A stretch of 64,000 bases of DNA from Alphaproteobacteria bacterium (GCA_009377445.1 WHUA01000006.1:158684-222683); one strand, 5' to 3'. Positions 37,619-47,804 are shown, counted from the stretch's first letter. Numbers and translations: made by a program. The notes: generated from the letters alone by a model not told the origin.

Positions 37619-40014
37619 GGCGCGGCTCCGCTTGCGGTTCTCAGCATCCCGGCGAGGTAGCCGAGCCGGATCGGCAGGGCGTCGACGCGGCGGCCGATCG
37701 GAGCGAGCGCATCGTTGACCGCGCTGGCGACGGCGGCGGGAGAGCCCGGATAGCCGGACTCGCCGGCGCCCTTCTGCCCGTGCGAAGTCAGTGGGGACGG
37801 CGTGCAGTGCTCCGCGATCTTCACCATCGGTATCTCGAGCGACGAGGGGAGAAGATAGTCCATGAAGGTGCCGGAGAGATGCTGGCCCGTTTCGTCATAT
37901 TCGAACTTCTCGTAGAGCGCCGCGCCGATGCCGTGCGCGATGCCGCCCAGCATCATTCCCCTCACGATCAGCGGGTTGATGACCGTGCCGCAGTCGTGCG
38001 CGACGTAGTACTCGGGGATCTCGACCTTGCCGGTGCCGGGGTCGATCTCGACCAGCGCCATGTGCGCCTCGAAGGAGAAGCAGGGATACATCTGCACCCG
38101 CCCGTCCTCGCCCGGCATCGCGCCGCCCTTCGGCACCTGCAGCGTGTAGCTCGCCTGCAGGCCGGGCTCCATGCCGGGCGGCATGAGATGGTACTGGCGA
38201 TGGCAGATGCGGACGATCTGCTCCCAGGAAAGCCGTTTCGACGGATCGTCCGTCACCGCTACCGCGCCGTCCGCATAGATCACTCCGGACGGATCGCGCC
38301 CGAGATTGTGCGCGGCGATGCGGATCGCACGGTCGCGGATGATTTCCGCCGCCTTCTGCGCCGCGCCGCCGAGCATGATCGCCATGCGGCTGGCGACCGG
38401 GCTGTTGCCGGGCAGGCTCGACAGCGAATCCGAATGGATGACGCGGATGCCCACCGGGTCGAAGCCGAGCGTTTCGCCGATTACCGTCGCGGCCAGGGTC
38501 TGGTGGCCTTGGCCCGCGCTCGACGTGACGATCAGCGCCGTGATCGCGCCCTGCCGGTCGACCTTGACCGTGCAGGATTCCGGCCACAGCGTCGTGTCGT
38601 TGCGCGGGTTGAACAGTGGCTCGAACGCGGCGTTGCCGCCGCCGGGCTCCATCGCGGCGGCGATGCCGACGCCTGCGAGCTTTCCTGCCTTGCGGATTTG
38701 GTCGCGCCTTTCCAGCAATGCCGGATAGTTCGCGAGGTCGGTCAATTTCCGCATCACGGCGTGGTAGTCGCCGCTGTCGTATTCGGTGCCGCTCGGGATG
38801 GTGTAGGGGAACTGATCGGCGCGGATGAAGTTGCGCCGCCGCACCTCGACGCGGTCGAGGCCGAGATAGCCCGCGACGCGGTCGATCGCCGTCTCGATGG
38901 CGAAGGTGGTCGGCGCCTGGCCGAAGCCGCGCACGGCCACCTGCGCCGTCTTGTTGGTGCAGACCGAGATGGCTTCGTAGGCGACGCTGCCGATGCGGTA
39001 GGGACCGACGATGGAGCCGACCGGCTTGCCGAGCTGGAGCGGCGCGCGGCCGGGATAGGCGCCGCAGTCGTCGAGCGCCCGCATCTTCATCGACCGCACG
39101 GTCCCGTCGGCATCGAAGGCGACGCTGACATCGAAGATCCGGTCGGGGCCATGCGCGTCGCCGCCCGACATGTTCTCCAGCCGGTCCTCGATCAGCCGTA
39201 CCGGCCGACCGAGCTTGCGGGCGAGGTAGCCGACCAGGATGGCATGCTTGAGGCCGCGCTTGACGCCGTAGCTGCCGCCGACGTCGACGTCGAAATGCAC
39301 GCGCACCTGGTTGCCCTGGAGGCGCAACGCATCGGCGATCTGGTCGGCGTACTTGGGCATCTGAACCGACGCCCAGACGTCGAGGATATCGTCGCCGGAA
39401 TCCCAGCAGGCGACCGCGCCGAACGTCTCGATCGGCACCGTCGAGCTGCGGCCCCACCGCGCCCGGAAATCGAGGCTATGCGCCGCGGCGGCGAAGTCCG
39501 CCTCGACCGGCCCCCAGATGAAATTGCGGTGGAACAGCACGTTGCTGCCGTGCTTCGGATGCACCAGCCGGCCGGTCGAAGCGAAGGCTTCCTCCGGATC
39601 GACGACGGCGGGCAGGGGCTCGTAGGCGACGGCGACCAGCTCCGCGGCGTCCTCGGCAATGTAACGGTCGTCGGCGACCACGGCGGCGACCCATTCGCCG
39701 GCATAGCGGACGACGCCGGCCGCGAGCGGATACCAGAGGATTTCCGGCAGGTGCACGCCGTGCTGCATCGAGGCGGTCGCCTGCTGCAGCTCGGCGCCGG
39801 TGAGCACTGCGCGCACGCCGTCGACCGCCAGTGCGGCGCCGGTGTCGATCGAGACGATACGCGCGCTCGCATGCGGGCTCGCGACGAGCGCAATGTGCGC
39901 CATGCCCGGCAATCGGATATCGGCGACGTAGCGGCCGCTTCCCGCGATGAAGCGCCGATCCTCTTTGGTGCGGCGCGGGCGGCCGAGGAAGCGGTACTTA
40001 TCGGTCATGGCCAT
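37615..40014 (-). CDS. Xanthine dehydrogenase-family Mo-binding subunit (CoxL-like, not form I CODH)
   Basis: EDRRFIAGSGRYVAD, VGGSYG, AVRGFGQ, GQGHQT, DCGTVINP, KGAGESG. Confidence 0.93.
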   Translation of the reverse strand: MAMTDKYRFLGRPRRTKEDRRFIAGSGRYVADIRLPGMAHIALVASPHASARIVSIDTGAALAVDGVRAVLTGAELQQATASMQHGVHLPEILWYPLAAGVVRYAGEWVAAVVADDRYIAEDAAELVAVAYEPLPAVVDPEEAFASTGRLVHPKHGSNVLFHRNFIWGPVEADFAAAAHSLDFRARWGRSSTVPIETFGAVACWDSGDDILDVWASVQMPKYADQIADALRLQGNQVRVHFDVDVGGSYGVKRGLKHAILVGYLARKLGRPVRLIEDRLENMSGGDAHGPDRIFDVSVAFDADGTVRSMKMRALDDCGAYPGRAPLQLGKPVGSIVGPYRIGSVAYEAISVCTNKTAQVAVRGFGQAPTTFAIETAIDRVAGYLGLDRVEVRRRNFIRADQFPYTIPSGTEYDSGDYHAVMRKLTDLANYPALLERRDQIRKAGKLAGVGIAAAMEPGGGNAAFEPLFNPRNDTTLWPESCTVKVDRQGAITALIVTSSAGQGHQTLAATVIGETLGFDPVGIRVIHSDSLSSLPGNSPVASRMAIMLGGAAQKAAEIIRDRAIRIAAHNLGRDPSGVIYADGAVAVTDDPSKRLSWEQIVRICHRQYHLMPPGMEPGLQASYTLQVPKGGAMPGEDGRVQMYPCFSFEAHMALVEIDPGTGKVEIPEYYVAHDCGTVINPLIVRGMMLGGIAHGIGAALYEKFEYDETGQHLSGTFMDYLLPSSLEIPMVKIAEHCTPSPLTSHGQKGAGESGYPGSPAAVASAVNDALAPIGRRVDALPIRLGYLAGMLRTASGAAP

Positions 40015-40510
40015 CCCGCTCCGGCGACGGCGTGCGCTGGTTCAGCCGGTCGGCGGCGAGCTCGATCGCTTCGACGATCTGGCCGTAGCCGGTGCAGCGG
40101 CAGAGATTGCCGCTGATCGCCTTGCGGATCTCCTGGCGCGACGGGTCGGGATTGCGCCGCAGCAAGGCATGCGCGGCGATCAGCATGCCAGGCGTGCAAT
40201 AGCCGCATTGCAGGGAGTGCGTCTCCCAGAAGCAGTCCTGGATCAGGCTGAGCCCGCCGCCCGGTTCCGTCAGCCCTTCGACGGTGGAGACGCGGTGACC
40301 GTCCGCTTGAACGGCGAACATCAGGCAGGAGCGGATCGGCAGGTCGTCGAACAGCACCGAGCAGGCGCCGCAGACGCCATGCTCGCAGCCGACGTGGGTC
40401 CCTGTGAGGTCCAACACGTCGCGGAGGAAATCGACCAGCGTCAGGCGCGGCTCGACGGAGGCGGCATGCGGCTCGCCGTTGACGATGACGGTGATTCGTT
40501 TGGCGGGCAT
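39998..40510 (-). CDS. 2Fe-2S subunit (CoxS-like)
   Basis: GCEHGVCGAC, QCGYCTPG, NLCRCTGY. Confidence 0.95.
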   Translation of the reverse strand: MPAKRITVIVNGEPHAASVEPRLTLVDFLRDVLDLTGTHVGCEHGVCGACSVLFDDLPIRSCLMFAVQADGHRVSTVEGLTEPGGGLSLIQDCFWETHSLQCGYCTPGMLIAAHALLRRNPDPSRQEIRKAISGNLCRCTGYGQIVEAIELAADRLNQRTPSPERDGHDR

Positions 40511-40513
40511 GCC

Positions 40514-41395
40514 CTAAGGCTCCCTTGCGGCGTTCGCCGCTGCCTGAAGAATGGCACGGAGCGTGAGGCTCCGCGCCATGTGGCGGCGGGCATCGGCTCC
40601 GGCGTGGAGGTCCGTCGACGGCTCGATCGCTTCGTCCATAAGAGGCAGCAGGCGCTCGATATTCTCGTTGTCGGGGCGTTGGCCGATCAGCGCTTCCTCG
40701 ATCCGCAAGAGCCGCACCGGCGTCGGCGCGGCATTGGCGACGGCAACGGCGGCGCGCCGGCACACGCCGTCCCGGTCGAGCGCGAGCTGGGCCGCCGCCG
40801 CGACGATGGCGAAGTCGCTGTCCCGCGCGCTCACCTCCTGAAAGCCGGCGCCGACGCGTCCGGCTCCCGGCCATACCGGAAAGCGGACGGCGGTCAGGCA
40901 TTCGCCCGGCTCGAGCGTGGTGGTCATGGGCGCTTGGAAGAAATCCGCCGCGTCGATCCGGCGGTCCGTCTCGCCGTCGCTTGCCGTCATCGTGGCGCCG
41001 AGCGCCGCAGCGACGAGGCCGATCTCCGCCGACGGATCGGCATGCGCCAGGCTGCCGCCGACGGTGCCGCGGTTGCGCGTCTGGTCGTGGCCGACGAAGG
41101 GGAGGGCGAGGGCGAGCAAAGGCACGTCGTCCACGACGATGCCGGAGCGCCCGGCATCGGCCTGCCGGGTGGCGGCGCCGACGACGACCTCGCTTCCGTC
41201 TCGCGCGATGCCTGTCAACTCCGCCACGTCGTTGATGTCGACCAGGAGTCTCGGCCGCACCAGCCGCATCGCCATCAAGGGCACCAGCGATTGGCCGCCC
41301 GCGATGATGCGCGCTTCGCCGTCGCCATCGGCGAGATAGCCGCAGGCCTCGCGCAGCGTCGCCGGGCGGACGTAGTCGAAGGCGGCAGCCTTCAT
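40514..41395 (-). CDS. FAD-binding subunit (CoxM-like)
   Basis: AGGQSLVP, RNRGTVGGSLAHADP. Confidence 0.95.
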   Translation of the reverse strand: MKAAAFDYVRPATLREACGYLADGDGEARIIAGGQSLVPLMAMRLVRPRLLVDINDVAELTGIARDGSEVVVGAATRQADAGRSGIVVDDVPLLALALPFVGHDQTRNRGTVGGSLAHADPSAEIGLVAAALGATMTASDGETDRRIDAADFFQAPMTTTLEPGECLTAVRFPVWPGAGRVGAGFQEVSARDSDFAIVAAAAQLALDRDGVCRRAAVAVANAAPTPVRLLRIEEALIGQRPDNENIERLLPLMDEAIEPSTDLHAGADARRHMARSLTLRAILQAAANAAREP

Positions 41396-41450
41396 TTGGT
41401 TGGCTCCAAATTTTTCTACCGCAGATGTGCTGCAGAATCGCGCTTAGCCT

Positions 41451-41473
41451 GTTCTATCTATAGTATCGAATAC
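41451..41473. promoter_or_regulatory. Candidate GntR-like operator in the divergent coxM/tauD gap
   Basis: TTCTATCTATAGTATCGAATAC containing the palindrome GTAT-CGA-ATAC. Confidence 0.35.
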
Positions 41474-41518
41474 GCCGATGACAAAGGGCCGACTGCAAAC
41501 TTTCAGTAGGAGGAATGC

Positions 41519-42616
41519 ATGGCTAACCTGGGATCAGCACGGGAAATGGGGCCGGCGCGGCGGCGCGAGCCTGCCGTGCCGTTTCAACCGGTCGTCGACC
41601 CGGCGGGCTGGCGCGCGGAAGCGCTGAGGGCGAGCGGCGAGCACCTCTTTCACCTCACGGCCGGCGACCGGCAGGAGCTGGACGCCGCGATCCGGGAGGT
41701 CGAGGCGCGCAATATCCCGGTCATGTCGATCGCCGCGGGGGATTTCCGGTTGCCGTCATTGGGGGGCAAGCTCGCCGGCATCAGGGACGAGATCCTCGAC
41801 GGCCGCGGATGCGTGCAGATGCGCGGTTTCGAGCCGCAACGTTATACGCCGCTGCAGCGGGCGATCGCCTTCTGGGGCGTCTCGATGCACCTCGGCGAAA
41901 GGGTCGCGTCGCAGAATGCGAAGGGCCACGTGCTTGGGCATATCACCGACATCGGCGAGACGGTGAACAATCCGGACCAGCGCGGCCCGTACTCGAACGA
42001 CCGCATACCCTACCATGTCGATTGCTGCGACATCGTCGGGCTGATGTGCATCAACCCGGCGAAATCCGGCGGCGAGAGCGGCATCGCCAGCTCGGTCACC
42101 ATCCACAACGAGTTGCAGCGGCGGCGGCCCGATCTTCTGCCGGTGCTCGCCGAGCCCTATTACCGCGACCGGCGGGGCGAGGTCCCGGCCGGCATGGAGC
42201 CGTGGTACAAGATCCCGATCTTCAACTACGACGAAGGCTATCTCACGACGAATATAGAGCCGACCTATATCGGCTCGGCCCACCGCCATCCCGGCGTGCC
42301 CGCGATGACGCCGCTGCAGCGCGAGGCATTCGACTACGTGCAGAAGCTGGCGGTGGAGCTGCGGCTCGACATCGACTTCCACCGCGGCGACATGCAGTTC
42401 CTCAACAACCACGTGATCATGCACACGCGCCAGGCGTATGAGGATTTCCCGGAGCGCGAGCGGCGTCGTCACCTGCTGCGGATATGGATCGTCGCCAGGG
42501 GATGCCGGCCGCTGCCGCGCGCCTATTTCGCGCGCCACGGCGATCCGGACGAAGTGGACTGGCCGGGCGGGATCGTCGGGCCGGATACGGTGCTGAACGC
42601 GCCCGTGGACGGTTAG
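41519..42616 (+). CDS. TauD/TfdA-family Fe(II)/2-oxoglutarate dioxygenase
   Basis: YHVDCCD (HxD), GDMQFLNNHVIMHTR, RHLLRIW; AGGAGG RBS. Confidence 0.9.
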   Translation: MANLGSAREMGPARRREPAVPFQPVVDPAGWRAEALRASGEHLFHLTAGDRQELDAAIREVEARNIPVMSIAAGDFRLPSLGGKLAGIRDEILDGRGCVQMRGFEPQRYTPLQRAIAFWGVSMHLGERVASQNAKGHVLGHITDIGETVNNPDQRGPYSNDRIPYHVDCCDIVGLMCINPAKSGGESGIASSVTIHNELQRRRPDLLPVLAEPYYRDRRGEVPAGMEPWYKIPIFNYDEGYLTTNIEPTYIGSAHRHPGVPAMTPLQREAFDYVQKLAVELRLDIDFHRGDMQFLNNHVIMHTRQAYEDFPERERRRHLLRIWIVARGCRPLPRAYFARHGDPDEVDWPGGIVGPDTVLNAPVDG

Positions 42617-43422
42617 GCGCCGTCCTTCTTCTGCATCCTGTCCCAGTCGAACAGCGTCGGCTCCTTGTCGAGGAACCGTTTCACCGCCGCCGAATGATAC
42701 TCGGTGTCGTGCGCGACGGCCTGGCCGAATGCCTCCAGCTCGCCGAGCGCGCGGAAGTCGAGGTTGAATGACTGGTTCATGATGTTCTTCGAAAGGCCGA
42801 TCGCCTGGCGCGATGCGTTGCGGAATCGCCCGGCCAGCTCGATTGCGGCGTCCATGAGTTTATCCGGCTCGTGGATGGCGTAGACGATGCCGAGATCCTT
42901 GCCTTCCTTCGCGTCGAAGGAGCGCGCCGAGAAGACCAGCTCCTTGGCTCTCTGCAATCCGACGATGCGGGGCAGCAGGAACAGCCCGCCCACGTCGGGA
43001 ATGAGGCCGACGCGGCCGAACACTTCGCAGAAGCGCGCGCGGGTCGAGGCCAGGATGAAGTCGGCGGCCAGCGCGATGTTGATGCCCGCGCCATAGGCCG
43101 CGCCGTCGACCGCGGCGATGACCGGCAGCTCCAGGCTGACCCATTCGTAAAGCCAGCTATAGATGTCCTGGATGCGCTTGCGGCTCTCGAAGCTCGTCCG
43201 CTTGCCCTTGGCCATGCTCTGGATGTCGCCGCCGGCGCAGAAGGCGCCGCCCGCGCCGGTGATGATCACCGCGTAGAGCGTGGTGTCGTTGCGAATGTCC
43301 AGAACGACCTCGGAAAGCTCTGTTCGCATCGAAATGTCGAGCGCGTTGCGTTTTTCCGGCCGGTTCAGCGTGATGATCGCAAGACCATCGCGCACCTCGT
43401 ATTTGAGCGACTCGAAACTCAT
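42613..43422 (-). CDS. Enoyl-CoA hydratase/isomerase family protein
   Basis: ITLNRPEKRNAL, FCAGGDI, AAVDGAAYGAG, GLIPD; start MSFESLK at 43422. Confidence 0.92.
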   Translation of the reverse strand: MSFESLKYEVRDGLAIITLNRPEKRNALDISMRTELSEVVLDIRNDTTLYAVIITGAGGAFCAGGDIQSMAKGKRTSFESRKRIQDIYSWLYEWVSLELPVIAAVDGAAYGAGINIALAADFILASTRARFCEVFGRVGLIPDVGGLFLLPRIVGLQRAKELVFSARSFDAKEGKDLGIVYAIHEPDKLMDAAIELAGRFRNASRQAIGLSKNIMNQSFNLDFRALGELEAFGQAVAHDTEYHSAAVKRFLDKEPTLFDWDRMQKKDGA

Positions 43423-43457
43423 GGGACGGCTCCGTGAATACAGTTCAAAGATGAAGT

Positions 43458-44537
43458 CTAGACCGGCTCCAGCGGCGCGTTGAGAGTCGCGCCGGCGACG
43501 CGGATGCCGCCGCGGTTGCCGATGGCGACGCTGCCCCAGCGCTGCGTGAACACCTCGGGCATCGGTCACCCGTCCGGCGGGCAAAGCCATAAACGCAGCA
43601 GGTGACGCTTGCGTTCCGGCTCCGGCCAGTCGTCGAAGTCGGTCCGGTCGTGCAGGATTTGGTGGTTGTGCAGAAGCTGAATGTCGCCCGGCTCGAAATC
43701 CATCTGCAAGTGCAGGGCGTCGTCGTCCGCCAGCGAATCCAGCAGGTCGAGCGCCGCGAGCTGGCGGTCCGTCAGGCGCGGCACGTCCTCGAGCCGCTGG
43801 GCGGACTCGATGTAGCGCCGCACGTAATAGCCGGTGAGCAGGCTCGCATGCCAGTTGAACACCGGTATCGCGTAGTAGGGCTTCATGCCGGGCGGAATCT
43901 CGCCGCGCCGGTCGACGCAGAACGGCTCGAACAGCACCCTCGTCAAAGCCGGATCGCGGGCCAGCATCTCGTTGTAGAGCGTGACCGAGCTGACGATCGT
44001 GCTGAGCCCGCCGCTGCGCGCCTTCTGCAGGCACATCAGGCCGACGATGTCGCAGGAATCCGCGTGGTAGTACTGGCGCCTCGTCGTCTGGTAGGTACGG
44101 ACGCTGGGATCGTCGACGCGGTAGCCGAGGTCGCGCACATGGCCGAGCACATGTCCCTTGGCGTTCTGCGAAACCGCGCCTCTGAAATGCGCGCCGATGC
44201 CCCAGAAGATCGTGGCCATGTCGGCGGTGGCGTAATTCTGCCGCGGAATGCCGCGTATCAGCACGAAGCCCCGCCCGCCCAGCAGCTCCCGTCGGATACC
44301 CTCCAGCACGGGGCCGAGCGTCGGCAGCGGGAACGCCGCCCGCGATACGCCGAGGATTTCGATCTTCCGGCGTTTGACGGCATCGAGCGCGGCGTCGATT
44401 TCGCCGGTCTCGCGGGCGGACGGCGTGTGGATCCACGCGCCGCTCGCCGCCATCTCCCTGCCGCGCCACGCGGATGCGCCGCCGATCGGGCCGGGCGGCA
44501 TCGGTGGGGGCGTCGCGATTTTCGCCGTAGCGCTCAT
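43458..44537 (-). pseudogene. TauD/TfdA-family dioxygenase with an in-frame TGA at 43566-43568 (truncated CDS 43566..44537)
   Basis: YHADSCD, NHQILHDR. After LWLCPPDG-TGA the frame continues PMPEVFTQRWGSVAIGNRGGIRVAGATLNAPLEPV-TAG, matching the C-termini of both paralogues. Confidence 0.75.
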
Positions 44538-44541
44538 GGCG

Positions 44542-45741
44542 TCAGATTACACCATCCCGCTTCAGCGCATCCAGTTCGGCCGCCGGCAGGCCGAGCCAGC
44601 CGCCGTAGACGCCGGCGTTGTCCTCGCCCAGCTCTGCGCTGGGTTCGATCGGCATGAGGTCGGAATCCTGAAAGCGTAATGGGCTCCGCTGCAGGGCGAG
44701 CCTGCCGAGCACGGGATGGTCCACCCATTCCAGCATGCCGCGGGCGTGCAGATGCTCGTCGTGGATCACCTCGTCCAGGTTGCGCACCGGCGCGCAGGGG
44801 AAGTTGTATTTGCGCGAGATCGCCAGCAGCTCGTCCTTGGTCAGCGTCCTGGTCCACTTCTCGACCATGGCGTTGACCTCTTCCAAGATCTCGGCGCGCG
44901 CGTGGTTGCCGGCGAAGCGCGGGTCGTCCTTCAGCTCCGGCCGCCCGAGCGGGATCAGCAGGTTGTAGAAATGGCCGTCGTTGGTGCAGTTGATCGCGGC
45001 ATAGCCGTCCTTCGTCGGATAGACGTTGTAAGGGGAGATCGACAGGCCGCCATGCTGGTTGCCGGTGCGCGGCGGCTCCTTGCCGCCCAGCGTGTAGTAC
45101 ATGCCGATGTTGGACGCGAGCGAGGCGTAAATCGCCTCCTGCATCGACACCTCGACCATGCGGCCCTGGCCGGTCTTCTCCGCCTCGTAGAGCGCGGTCA
45201 TGATGCCCGCATAGAGATGGACGCCGCCCGAGAAATCGCACACCGCGGCGCCGGCCTTGACGGGCGGGCTGTCGGGAAATCCCGTCACGCTCATCAGGCC
45301 GGACGACGCCTGGACGGTCAGGTCCATGGCGAGGTCGTCGCGCCGCGGTCCGCTGCGGCCGTAGCCGCTGGAGCAGCCGTAGACCAGCTTCGGGTTGACC
45401 TTCTGCAGGTCCTCCCAGCCGAGCCGCATGTTCTGCATCGCGTCGGGGGCGAAGTTTTCCAGCACCACGTCCGCGCGCTTCACCATCTCGAGGAAGATCT
45501 CGCGGCCGCGCGGCGCCTTCAGGTTCAGCGTGACGCATTCCTTGTTGGAATTGAGCAGCGCGAAGGGCACGGAATGGCTCTTCTTGGCGCCGCGGTGCCG
45601 AAGATGCTCGCCCTTCAGGGGCTCGATCTTGATCACCCGCGCGCCGGCCATCGCCAGCATGAATCCGGCATAGGGGCCGTTGTAGATATGGCCCAGGTCG
45701 AGCACGGTGACGCCGGCAAGCGGCTGGGGACGCGCGGACAT
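44542..45741 (-). CDS. Family III CoA-transferase (CaiB/BaiF)
   Basis: PLAGVTVLDLG, GARVIKIEP, ADVVLENFAP, GLMSVTG; start MSARPQ at 45741. Confidence 0.93.
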   Translation of the reverse strand: MSARPQPLAGVTVLDLGHIYNGPYAGFMLAMAGARVIKIEPLKGEHLRHRGAKKSHSVPFALLNSNKECVTLNLKAPRGREIFLEMVKRADVVLENFAPDAMQNMRLGWEDLQKVNPKLVYGCSSGYGRSGPRRDDLAMDLTVQASSGLMSVTGFPDSPPVKAGAAVCDFSGGVHLYAGIMTALYEAEKTGQGRMVEVSMQEAIYASLASNIGMYYTLGGKEPPRTGNQHGGLSISPYNVYPTKDGYAAINCTNDGHFYNLLIPLGRPELKDDPRFAGNHARAEILEEVNAMVEKWTRTLTKDELLAISRKYNFPCAPVRNLDEVIHDEHLHARGMLEWVDHPVLGRLALQRSPLRFQDSDLMPIEPSAELGEDNAGVYGGWLGLPAAELDALKRDGVI

Positions 45742-45743
45742 TC

Positions 45744-46931
45744 TCAGTTCCTTCCAGATTGATTGCGCAGGAGATCGCGCGCGATCACCATGCGGTGGAC
45801 TTCGGACGGGCCTTCGCCGATCCGCTTGATGCGAAGCTCGCGGTACCAGCGCTCCAGCGGCAGCTCGTTGGAGACGCCGAGGCTGCCGAAGATCTGCACG
45901 CAGCGGTCGACGATGCGCCCGGCCGTCTCCGTCGAATAGAGCTTGCAGATCGACGCTTCCGTCTTGATGTCGTGGCCGAGGTCGCCGCGCCACGCCGCCT
46001 GATAGGTCAGCAGCCGCGCCGCCCGCAGCTCGACTTCCGAATCCGCCAGCATCCATTGGATCGCCTGCTTGTCGGCGAGCTTGCTGCGGAAGGTCTCGCG
46101 CTGGTTGGCCCAGTCGATCGCCATGCGCAGCGCTGCCTGGGCGATGCCGATCACGCCGGCGGAGTAGGGGAGGCGGGCGTGCACCAGCCAGTGCTCGGCA
46201 AGCGCGAAACCTTCGCCTACCTCGCCGATACGGTGCTCGACCGGGATCTCGTAGTCGGTGAAGACCAGCTCGTAGGGATAATAGGACCGGATGACCGGGA
46301 TCGGGTTCATCGCGAGCCCCGGCTTGTCCGTCTCCACCACGAAGCAGCTTATGCTATCCTTGCCATTCTTCAGTTCCGTGCGCGCGAACAGGACGCCCCA
46401 GCGCGCCTGGCCGGCGCCGGTGATGTACATCTTGGCGCCGTTCACCACGTAGCGGTCGCCCTTGCGCACGGCGCGCGTCTTGATCGAGCCGCGCGGGTCG
46501 GCGCCGCCGCCCGCCTCGGTGATGGCGACGAAGGGCTTCTCGCCGGTCTCGATCGCCGGGCGGCCGAACTTCTCGATCAGCGCGTTTCCGCCCTTGAAGA
46601 TGACGTTGGGCGGGTCGGCGCCCACCGCGCCGCAGGCAGGCACATACGCGCCCATGCGGCATTGCGACGTTTCCTCGGCGACCACGACCTGGCCCATCAG
46701 GCTGAGCCCGGCCCCGCCATGCTCCTGCGGCGAGCGCATGCACCAGATGCCGAGCTCGCGCGCCTTTTTCTGCAGCGGCAGCAGCAGGGGAGCGGGGAGC
46801 TCGTAGGCGTCGTGGGCCACGCGATCCTCGGCCGGCTTCACGTCGTTCTCCATGAAGCGGCGCACGGTGTCCCGGAGCATCCGCATCTCCTCGGACAGCT
46901 CCCATGCGTCGCTCTGCGTCATCGTCTCCAT
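45744..46931 (-). CDS. Acyl-CoA dehydrogenase
   Basis: AITEAGGGAD, VNGAKMYIT, QAIQWMLAD, RIGEGPSE. Confidence 0.94.
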   Translation of the reverse strand: METMTQSDAWELSEEMRMLRDTVRRFMENDVKPAEDRVAHDAYELPAPLLLPLQKKARELGIWCMRSPQEHGGAGLSLMGQVVVAEETSQCRMGAYVPACGAVGADPPNVIFKGGNALIEKFGRPAIETGEKPFVAITEAGGGADPRGSIKTRAVRKGDRYVVNGAKMYITGAGQARWGVLFARTELKNGKDSISCFVVETDKPGLAMNPIPVIRSYYPYELVFTDYEIPVEHRIGEVGEGFALAEHWLVHARLPYSAGVIGIAQAALRMAIDWANQRETFRSKLADKQAIQWMLADSEVELRAARLLTYQAAWRGDLGHDIKTEASICKLYSTETAGRIVDRCVQIFGSLGVSNELPLERWYRELRIKRIGEGPSEVHRMVIARDLLRNQSGRN

Positions 46932-47008
46932 GCTCCCGTGGGTGGATCGGTGCGGGCGCGCGGGCGCGGCGGAATGGCGCCCGCGAACACCCGTTATATC
47001 AGATGGCG

Positions 47009-47665
47009 CTACCGGTCAAAAAGCGACCGGAGCTTGCGTACCGCCGCCTCCGGCGCGTCGAGCACCGGGCGGCCCGTGCGCTGTTCGACCAGCGAGCGGG
47101 TCGGCCCCATGGAGAACTGGCCGAGCAGGATCGCATCGCAGTCGCGGGCCCCCGCCGCCGCCTCGACCACCAGCCGGTCATGGCTCTCGCGGTCGCCGCC
47201 CTGCAACAGGCCCATCGCTTCGGGGACGTAGACCGGGTTGAGCGCGAGCGTCCGCCCCGCCTCGCCGGATCGCTGCTTCAGCTCCGCTTCGAGCATCCGG
47301 TTGGTGCCCGGGTCGGTCGCGATCATGGACAGCCGCGCGCCCAGCGCCAATGCCTCGTCGACCAGCCCGTCGAAGGAGGTCAGGACCGGGATTGTGACAT
47401 CTTTCCGCGCCGCGACGGCGGCCGGGCCGAACAGCGAGCCCGTCACCAGGACGGCGTCGACGCCGCAGCTCGCGCTGTATCCGATGAGGGACGCGATCCG
47501 CCGGAAGATCTCCGGCGTCAGCGACCGGTCCGGCCCCAGGTCCTGATACGTCGACTGGTCGTAGAGGTTCGTCGTGCGGGCCGCGGGCCAGATGCTCTCG
47601 AAGGCGTCCTCCACCGCCCGGATGGCGGGGATCACCGAATGGACGAGGCCTACTCTCACTGTCAT
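47009..47665 (-). CDS. Asp/Glu/hydantoin racemase-fold protein
   Basis: GVDAVLVTGS, HDRLV, DAILLGQFSM, PVLDAP; catalytic Cys not present. Confidence 0.75.
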   Translation of the reverse strand: MTVRVGLVHSVIPAIRAVEDAFESIWPAARTTNLYDQSTYQDLGPDRSLTPEIFRRIASLIGYSASCGVDAVLVTGSLFGPAAVAARKDVTIPVLTSFDGLVDEALALGARLSMIATDPGTNRMLEAELKQRSGEAGRTLALNPVYVPEAMGLLQGGDRESHDRLVVEAAAGARDCDAILLGQFSMGPTRSLVEQRTGRPVLDAPEAAVRKLRSLFDR

Positions 47666-47804
47666 GAATTGTCCCCTTGTAAAGGCTTATTCCCGCCGTC
47701 CGGAAAGGCGGCGGGTTTGGAGTCGAAAAGCGCAACCGAACCCGTTATACACGGTTCCAAGCGGCGCATTTAAGCCGCGATCGCAGGAGCAAAGGAACAG
47801 ACCG

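Noticed and set aside
37615-41395. Aerobic CO dehydrogenase
   Set aside because: The active-site loop is AVRGFGQ, not form I AYxCSFR or form II AYxGAGR, and no cox accessory genes are present.
43566-43568. Selenocysteine or genetic-code reassignment at the TauD TGA
   Set aside because: The aligned residue in paralogues is Arg, not Cys; TGA is a normal stop throughout the window; the FDH uses Cys.
47692-47715. GC hairpin between the divergent racemase-fold and parvulin genes as a riboswitch or terminator
   Set aside because: No recognisable aptamer and no gene ends there; function cannot be supported.
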